Shown piece after piece: positions 58,166 to 64,000 of a stretch of 64,000 bases of DNA. The DNA is from an uncultured Thermoplasmata archaeon (GTDB lineage Archaea; Thermoplasmatota; Thermoplasmata; Lutacidiplasmatales; UBA184), in contig CAWCRH010000003.1 of assembly GCA_963797975.1 (NCBI GenBank), positions 3,627 to 67,626 on the forward strand. Reading direction: 5' to 3'. The first letter of the stretch is position 1. Each line of letters begins with the position of its first letter. The notes below the pieces were generated by a model that was not told the DNA's origin, did not search any database, and saw only the letters and a list, made by a program, of their open reading frames with translations. The position numbers were made by a program, and so were the translations under genes.

Positions 58166-58635
58166 GCGCCCGCGGCGGGCGACCGACCGAAGAGCAGGTC
58201 CAAGAGGACCTGATGAGGCTCGAGGCCTACCGTAACCAGCTCAACGCCCTTCTGCAGCAACACCAGATGCTTTCGAACTCCCGCGCCGACCACGACCGAG
58301 CCCGCGAGACCCTCGAAGCGCTCGAGCGGATCGAGCCTTCCCGCGAGGTCGTCATCCCGCTCGGCGCCGACACCTTTGTTCGGGGTCATGCGAGCCCCGA
58401 TTCCCCGGTGATGGTGGGGCTCGGTTCGGGGATCATTGCCGAGCTCGATCGCTCGCGAGTGGTCGAGCTCTTGCACGAACGCACCTCCCGCATCGACCAT
58501 GCGACGCGCGACCTCGAGGGACAGATCCGCAGCATCGAGGAGCGGGTCGAAGTGCTCTCCCAAAAGCTGGACGCGGTGGCCCGAGACACCGATTCCGCGC
58601 CCGAGGCGGGGCCGGACGATGTGGGCCGCGATTAA
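58162..58635 (+). CDS. pfdA: Prefoldin alpha subunit
   Basis: Coiled coil, then beta hairpins (VVIPLGADTFVRG..VMVGLGSGIIAEL), then coiled coil. ATGA overlap with rplX. The LX-pfdA-ftsY order is the conserved archaeal arrangement. Confidence 0.8.
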   Translation: MSARGGRPTEEQVQEDLMRLEAYRNQLNALLQQHQMLSNSRADHDRARETLEALERIEPSREVVIPLGADTFVRGHASPDSPVMVGLGSGIIAELDRSRVVELLHERTSRIDHATRDLEGQIRSIEERVEVLSQKLDAVARDTDSAPEAGPDDVGRD

Positions 58636-59690
58636 GGCGAAGCTACGCCGCTCGGAACGGGCAGACGCCGGCGGAGCCAACTTCGGGAACCGCCGCCGCC
58701 GCCCCGCCGACGGCCTCCCCCAATCCTCCTCCTGGACGCGCCGCTGCCGATGCCCGCTCCACCGCGCCGCTCCCCGCCACTCATTCGAGCGAGGGGAGCT
58801 CTTCGGAGGTCTTCACCGAGGGGTTTCTGGGACGACGCATCCGCGAGACGACGCTGGATGAGGTCATGGACGACCTCGAGATCGTACTGCTGCAGTCCGA
58901 CGTAGCTCTCCCCGTGGTGGAACGGATCGAAAAGGACCTTCGCAAGGAGCTAAGCGGGAAGAAGATTCGTTGGAGCGTCGACGCCGAGGACGCGATCCGT
59001 CAGAGCCTCGAGCACTCGGTACGCGCGATCCTCACGCGGCCGGGGATCGACCTACCGGCACGGATCCGCGCATCGCCAACGCAGCCGTTCGTGATCCTCT
59101 TCCTGGGAGTCAATGGCAGCGGCAAGACGACCACGATCGCCAAGATCGCGGGCTGGCTCAAGGAGCGGGGCATCGCGAGCGTCATCGCCGCGGGCGATAC
59201 CTTCCGAGCCGGTGCGATCGAACAGCTCCTCGTCCACGGTGAGCGCTTGGGCATTCGGGTCATCCGCCAACAGGAGGGGAGCGACCCGGCAGCGGTCGCC
59301 TTCGACGCCACGGCCCACGCGAAGGCGAGGGGCATTCCCGTCGTCCTGGTCGATACGGCCGGTCGGCAACATACGAACGAGAACCTGATCGCCGAAGCTC
59401 AGAAGATCCGTCGCGTGGTCTCGCCCCAGCTGACGCTGTTCGTGGGGGACGCCTTGAGCGGCAACGATGCGGTCGAGCAGGCACGGCTGTTCGATAAGAC
59501 GTTGGGGATCGACGGGCTCGTTCTCACCAAGGTCGACGCCGACGTGAAGGGAGGGGCCGCGCTGAGCACCGTCTTTGTTACCCAGAAACCGATCCTCTTC
59601 GTTGGGACCGGACAGGGGTACGGCGACCTAGTCTCCTTTGACCCGGAATGGATGGTCCGCCGGCTCTTCGCGGAGGGTTCGGCCGCGTGA
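58619..59690 (+). CDS. ftsY: Signal recognition particle receptor FtsY. One frame break near 58680.
   Basis: The NG domain lies in ORF 58866-59690 (GVNGSGKTTT, DTAGR, TKVD, GTGQ). That frame is open upstream to at least 58680 (..FTEGFLGRRIRETTLDEV..) without a start codon. MWAAIKAKL at 58619 in another frame is the likely true N-terminus. Confidence 0.85.
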
Positions 59691-60421
59691 CGGCGCGCAT
59701 CGACGTCGTCCTCGTCCGCCCCAAAGAGGACGGTAATGTAGGCGCCGCCGCCCGGGTCGCGCGGAACTTCGGAGCGGAGCGGCTCGTGCTCGTCGCCCCG
59801 CGCGCCCGCGTCGGGCCCGAGGCCCGCCGCCGCTCGATGGGAGGGCTCGCCATCCTGCGCCAGGCGCCGAGGTTCTCGAGCCTCGACCGCGCGGTAGAGT
59901 CCGACGACCTCGTCGTCGGGACGACCGACCTCTCCACGGGTCGCTCCACGGCCTACCTACGTCGCGCGGTAAGCCCCGAGCGGCTCGGGGAGGTCCTCGA
60001 ACCGATCGTCGGCAACGTCGCGATCGTCTTCGGGCCGGAGGACAACGGCCTCTCCCGGACCGAACTCGCCCGCTGTGACCTTCTGGTCCATATCCCCGCC
60101 CGCCGAGAGTTCCCGACGCTCAACCTCTCCCACGCGGTCGGGGTCGTCCTCTACGCGGTCCACCGAGGCCGCCGGCCCGTGTCTCCCGATAGCACTCCGG
60201 CCCCCGACGTGCTGGAATTGAACGGACGGGAGAAGGAGCTCTTCCTCGAGCGGCTGGGGGCTCTTCTGAAGCAAACCGGCTACCCCGCGCACAAGCGACG
60301 CGGTTTAATCCTCCTCTTTCGTCGGGTGTTGGGACGCGCGACCCCTACCGAAGCCGAGTTTCGGATGATGCTCGGCCTCCTGCGCAGCGTCGATCGTTCG
60401 TTGGCGAACCGGAAAGCATGA
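59687..60421 (+). CDS. SpoU/TrmH-class RNA 2'-O-methyltransferase (TrmJ-like)
   Basis: Blocks VVLVRPKEDGNVGAAARVARNFG, IVFGPEDNGLS and LNLSHAVGVVLY. GTGA overlap with ftsY. Confidence 0.7.
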   Translation: MTARIDVVLVRPKEDGNVGAAARVARNFGAERLVLVAPRARVGPEARRRSMGGLAILRQAPRFSSLDRAVESDDLVVGTTDLSTGRSTAYLRRAVSPERLGEVLEPIVGNVAIVFGPEDNGLSRTELARCDLLVHIPARREFPTLNLSHAVGVVLYAVHRGRRPVSPDSTPAPDVLELNGREKELFLERLGALLKQTGYPAHKRRGLILLFRRVLGRATPTEAEFRMMLGLLRSVDRSLANRKA

Positions 60422-60834
60422 CGGAGAACGGAGACTGGCTTCGGGCCCGAGGCATAGGTCGGGAGCGCTTTGCGGGCTACGTGTCGGACTACCTAACGAC
60501 CCTGGGCTATGTGGTGGAGCGCTCCGAACTCACGGACCCTTCCGAGACCCGCCTCAACGCCCGGCTCGGGCGCATGAACCCGTCGGTGCCTCCCTCCGCG
60601 AGGGAGCTCGGCTTTCGCCTCTACCCCACGAGCGGAGGTTCCGCGCTGGTCTGGCAGGCCCCGACGTCGATCGATGACGGGGACCAGGTACGGATGGACC
60701 GCCTCGTGCGAGAGATCCGTACACACCTCGAGCGGGCGATCGCTACCGAGAGCCACGCGACCGCGAAGATCCTCAAGCCGACGGCCTCCCACCTACCGTG
60801 GGAGGCGAAGGTGTCAACCCCGGCTCCGCCCTGA
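60418..60834 (+). CDS. Hypothetical protein (138 aa)
   Basis: ATGA overlap with the preceding methyltransferase gene. No family recognised. Confidence 0.4.
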   Translation: MTENGDWLRARGIGRERFAGYVSDYLTTLGYVVERSELTDPSETRLNARLGRMNPSVPPSARELGFRLYPTSGGSALVWQAPTSIDDGDQVRMDRLVREIRTHLERAIATESHATAKILKPTASHLPWEAKVSTPAPP

Positions 60835-60848
60835 AGGGACGCGGCGCT

Positions 60849-61091
60849 TCAGCCGGAGGAATCCTTCTTTTCCTCGGTCGCCGTGCCCTTGTACCCTTTC
60901 TTGACCCCGGCGCCGAAGCCCTTGGCCCCTTCGACAAGACCGCGGCCGACCTTGCCGGCCACCGCTCCCGTCTTCTGTGCGACGTGGACCGTCTCACCCT
61001 CGGCGCGTCTCCCGAAGGAGAGCTCCTTGCCGCACGCCGCGCAGTTCTTCGCCCCGCCAACGACCTCTGCCCCACATGCTGGACATTTCAT
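60849..61091 (-). CDS. Small zinc-ribbon protein with a Gly/Lys-rich tail (80 aa)
   Basis: MKCPACGAEVVGGAKNCAACG... The start was set at the ATG at 61089-61091 within ORF 60849-61181. Confidence 0.5.
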   Translation of the reverse strand: MKCPACGAEVVGGAKNCAACGKELSFGRRAEGETVHVAQKTGAVAGKVGRGLVEGAKGFGAGVKKGYKGTATEEKKDSSG

Positions 61092-61294
61092 GATGACCCT
61101 CTTAGCACGCGAAGAATTCGGGGTATATCTTTGTTCCAAGGCACGACCCGAGGCGCAGGGTTCCGCTCTGCGCCTGCCCACCTATGGGGTTGTTCCGCTG
61201 CGATGGTCCTTTGCCGATGCATGGTCCGAGGGGGGGGTGACACCGAAAGATCTGCCGATTCCGCTCCCATCCGACCATAGAGGTTATAGGTGGT

Positions 61295-61302
61295 TTTAAA
61301 TA
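61295..61302 (+). promoter_or_regulatory. TATA-box-like TTTAAATA upstream of the thermosome gene
   Basis: It lies about 58 nt upstream of the ATG at 61360, with GGGGGAG about 10 nt before the ATG. Same octamer as at 636. Confidence 0.45.
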
Positions 61303-61359
61303 CAACCGCATTTCTACTGCAGCCGAACACCCAGAGTTATCTCGGGGGAGAAAGAGAAC

Positions 61360-63035
61360 ATGTTGACGGGACAGACTCCGATTTTGGTGCTGAAGGAAGG
61401 GACCAAGCGCGAGAAGGGCCGCGGGGCTCTCTCCAACAATATCGCGGCCGCGAAAGCGATCGCCGACTCGGTGCGGTCCACGTTGGGACCGCGCGGGCTC
61501 GACAAGATGCTCGTCGATTCGATGGGCGACGTGGTCGTTACGAACGACGGGGTCACCATCCTCAAAGAAATGGACGTCGAGCACCCCGCCGCGAAGATGC
61601 TGGTCGAGGTCGCGAAGACCCAGGACCAGGAAGCGGGCGACGGAACGACCACAGCCGTGGTCCTGACCGGCGAGCTCCTGAAGCGCGCCGAGGTCCTCAT
61701 CGAGCAGAACATCCACCCGACGATCATCTGCCAGGGCTATCGCCTCGCCTCGGCCAAGGCTCTCGAGATTCTCGACAGCGTCGCGCAGCCGATCAAGATC
61801 GAGGACCATGCGATGCTCAAGGAGATCGCCGACACCGCGATGGCCTCCAAGGCGGTCTCGTTCAACCGGGAGATCCTGGGGGAGATCGCCGTCAAGGCGG
61901 TCACGAGCGTCGCCGAAAAGAAGGACAAGGGCTACTACGTCGACCTCGACAACATCCAGCTCATCAAGAAGCAGGGTGGCCAGATGAGCGAGACGCAGCT
62001 CATCGAGGGCGTCATCGTGGACAAGGAGAAGGTCCACTCCGGGATGCCGACCCGCGTCAGCAACCCGAAGATCGCCCTCCTGGACGCGGCCCTCGAGATC
62101 AAGAAGACCGAGATCGACGCCAAGATCGAGATCAACGACCCGAGCCAGCTCAACGCCTTCCTCCAGGAGGAGGAGAACATGTTGCGCCGGATGGTCGAGC
62201 AGGTCAAGAAGTCCGGAGCGAACGTCGTCTTCTGTCAGAAGGGGATCGACGACCTCGCCCAGCACTTCCTCGCGAAGGAAGGGATCTACGGCGTGCGCCG
62301 GGTCAAGAAGTCGGACATGGAGAAGCTCGCGAAGGCGACCGGCGCGAACATCGTGAGCAAGGTCAGCGAGCTCACGGCCGACGACGTCGGGGCGCCGGCC
62401 AGGTCGAAGAGCGCAAGATCGGCGAGGATTCGCTCACCTTCGTCACGGGCTGCAAGAAGGCGAAGGCAGTATCGGTCCTCATGCGCGGCGGGACCGAGCA
62501 CGTGCTCGACGAGGTGGAGCGCTCCTTGGACGACGCGCTCAACGTGGTCGCGGTCGCCGTCGAGGACGGCAAGTACGTCTACGGAGGCGGAGCGACTGCC
62601 GCCGAGCTCGCCCTCCAGCTGCGTGACTATGCGGCGAAGATCGGCGGGCGCGAGCAGATGGCCTTCGAGAGCTTTGCCGAATCGCTCGAGACGATCCCGC
62701 GCACCCTGGCCGAGAACGCGGGCCTCGACCCGATCGACATCCTGATCGAGCTCCGCAAGTCGCACAAGGCCGGCAAGAAGACCGCGGGCGTGAACGTCTA
62801 CGCTGGCAAGGTCGATGACATGAGCCAGCTCCGCGTCCTTGAGCCGATCCGCGTGGGACGCCAGGCGATCGAGAGCGCGACGGAAGCTGCGGTCATGATC
62901 CTACGGATCGACGACGTCATCGCGTCCAAGTCGAGCCCCCCTCCCTCCGGTGGCCCGGGTGGCCCCGGCGGCGGAGGCATGGGCGGAATGGGTGGCATGG
63001 GCGGGATGGGCGGCGGCGACTTCGGCGAGGACTGA
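61360..63035 (+). CDS. ths: Thermosome (group II chaperonin) subunit. One frame break in G4 at 62389-62392.
   Basis: Fragments are 61360 to about 62390 (in ORF 61360-62745) and about 62391-63035 (in ORF 61290-63035). Blocks [15 protein letters not shown] and VEERKIGED. The C-terminal [14 protein letters not shown] tail is typical. Confidence 0.92.
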
Positions 63036-63106
63036 GCACTCCGCTCTTTCGGCCGCGACCGAACCCTTTCCCGGCGCCTCCGGGTTCGCCTGGAGGCGCG
63101 GGGTAT

Positions 63107-64000
63107 CTATTCGCCCTCCATGACCTGTCGGTAGAGCCGCACATGGGCCTCGGCCACCTTGGGCCAGGCGTATTCGCGCTCGATCACAGCCCGGGACTTC
63201 GCGCCCAACTCGCGCCGTAGCGGCGCGTCCGTGTCCAACCGGACCGCCCAGTCGTGCAGGAACGAGACGAAACTCTCCTCATCGGTCGCCTCGCTCGTGA
63301 TGGTCCCGGGGATGCCTCGGATCGCCAAACCCCCGAGGACGGGCCGGGAGAACGCCATCGCTTGGAGTACCGCTCCGGGTAGGACCTCGCTCGAGCTCGG
63401 ATGGAAGACGAAGCTCGCGTTCTCGAATTCGGAGAGGAGCACGTCCTCGGGAACGACGCCGAGGAGCTCACAGCCGCTTTTCGCCAGGCTCACCGCATAA
63501 TCGGGGTGGCGGGTCGCCCCCACGAGGCGAAGGCGGATGTCCGTCCCCTCGATCGCGCGCGCCGCCAGATGCCAACGTTTCCTCCGCTCGAGCGTCCCGA
63601 CGCCCAGGGTCCGGTGAGGGATCCCGTCCGTGTGCGCCCGGAACTTCGCGGCGTCGACACCGATCGGGATGCGGACGACCGGCCCTCGCCGAGCACCGAC
63701 CCGGTCGATCGCGCGACCGAGGTCCTCGGTCAGGGCGATCGTCGCCTGAGCGAACCGGACGGCGAATTTCTCCCGTTCGAAGAGAGCGAGTTGGAGGGCG
63801 TTGCTCGGCTCGAGCCAGCGGGGTGTATGGCTCGTGAAGACATACGGGATCCCGGCCAACCCCAGGACGAGCGCGGCACGGCTCGTGCTGACGTGCACGA
63901 TGTCGGCCGACCGGCGACGAAGCAGCCAGGGCAACCTCCGCTCGAACGACCACCCTGTCGTGTAATGGTCCGGACGGAAGCCGTTCAGGATCGTGACGTC
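63107..64000 (-). CDS. GT4-family glycosyltransferase, N-terminus beyond the window edge
   Basis: C-terminal Rossmann half with ..FVFHPSSSEVLPGAVLQAMAFSRPVLG... The frame stays open through base 64000. Confidence 0.7.
   Translation of the reverse strand, partial: DVTILNGFRPDHYTTGWSFERRLPWLLRRRSADIVHVSTSRAALVLGLAGIPYVFTSHTPRWLEPSNALQLALFEREKFAVRFAQATIALTEDLGRAIDRVGARRGPVVRIPIGVDAAKFRAHTDGIPHRTLGVGTLERRKRWHLAARAIEGTDIRLRLVGATRHPDYAVSLAKSGCELLGVVPEDVLLSEFENASFVFHPSSSEVLPGAVLQAMAFSRPVLGGLAIRGIPGTITSEATDEESFVSFLHDWAVRLDTDAPLRRELGAKSRAVIEREYAWPKVAEAHVRLYRQVMEGE

Noticed and set aside
62940-63030. GGC ATG GGY tandem repeats as a novel repeat element.
   Set aside because: This is the normal Gly-Gly-Met C-terminal tail of group II chaperonins.
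1-64000. CRISPR arrays, rRNA genes, prophage or defence-island signatures.
   Set aside because: I found no regularly spaced direct repeats, no rRNA-like conserved blocks, and no integrase, capsid or terminase-like ORFs. The only mobile element seen is the single DDE transposase.

Overview
High-GC (about two-thirds G+C by eye) archaeal chromosome segment. The gene content looks Thermoplasmata-like: thermosome, Orc1/Cdc6, an eL20-prefoldin-FtsY cluster, Elp3, IPK plus type-2 IDI, a Tes-type tetraether-lipid radical-SAM enzyme, thermopsin, and kdpFABC. I can support about 65 protein genes, one tRNA and one IS element. There is no rRNA and no CRISPR array.

Main observations:
1. Thirteen conserved genes, including essential ones (thermosome, FtsY, KdpA, Elp3), are split by 16 single-site frame breaks. 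The breaks lie in C/G homopolymers or directly on GTAC. I read this as an indel-error signature, and the GTAC clustering also hints at GTAC methylation. Interrupted genes are listed as one spanning CDS, with the fragment coordinates given in the evidence.
2. A tRNA-Asp(GUC) absent from the ORF track carries a 32-nt intron at the non-canonical T-loop position 59/60, with a good bulge-helix-bulge fold.
3. Two tandem paralogous giant surface proteins have a long, charge-poor heptad-like stalk and a TM anchor. A thermopsin-family protein follows them.
4. A divergent FtsZ-family GTPase is tightly coupled to a tandem ribbon-helix-helix protein with an operator-like inverted repeat. It sits next to a DDE transposase flanked by 40-bp direct (not inverted) repeats.
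5. A methanogen-type (type-2) seryl-tRNA synthetase is present.
6. Isoprenoid and lipid genes are scattered across the window, including ubiX divergent from a thiolase followed by an HMGCS-like/DUF35 fusion.

All functional calls rest on motifs read by eye and recalled family knowledge. No database search was run.
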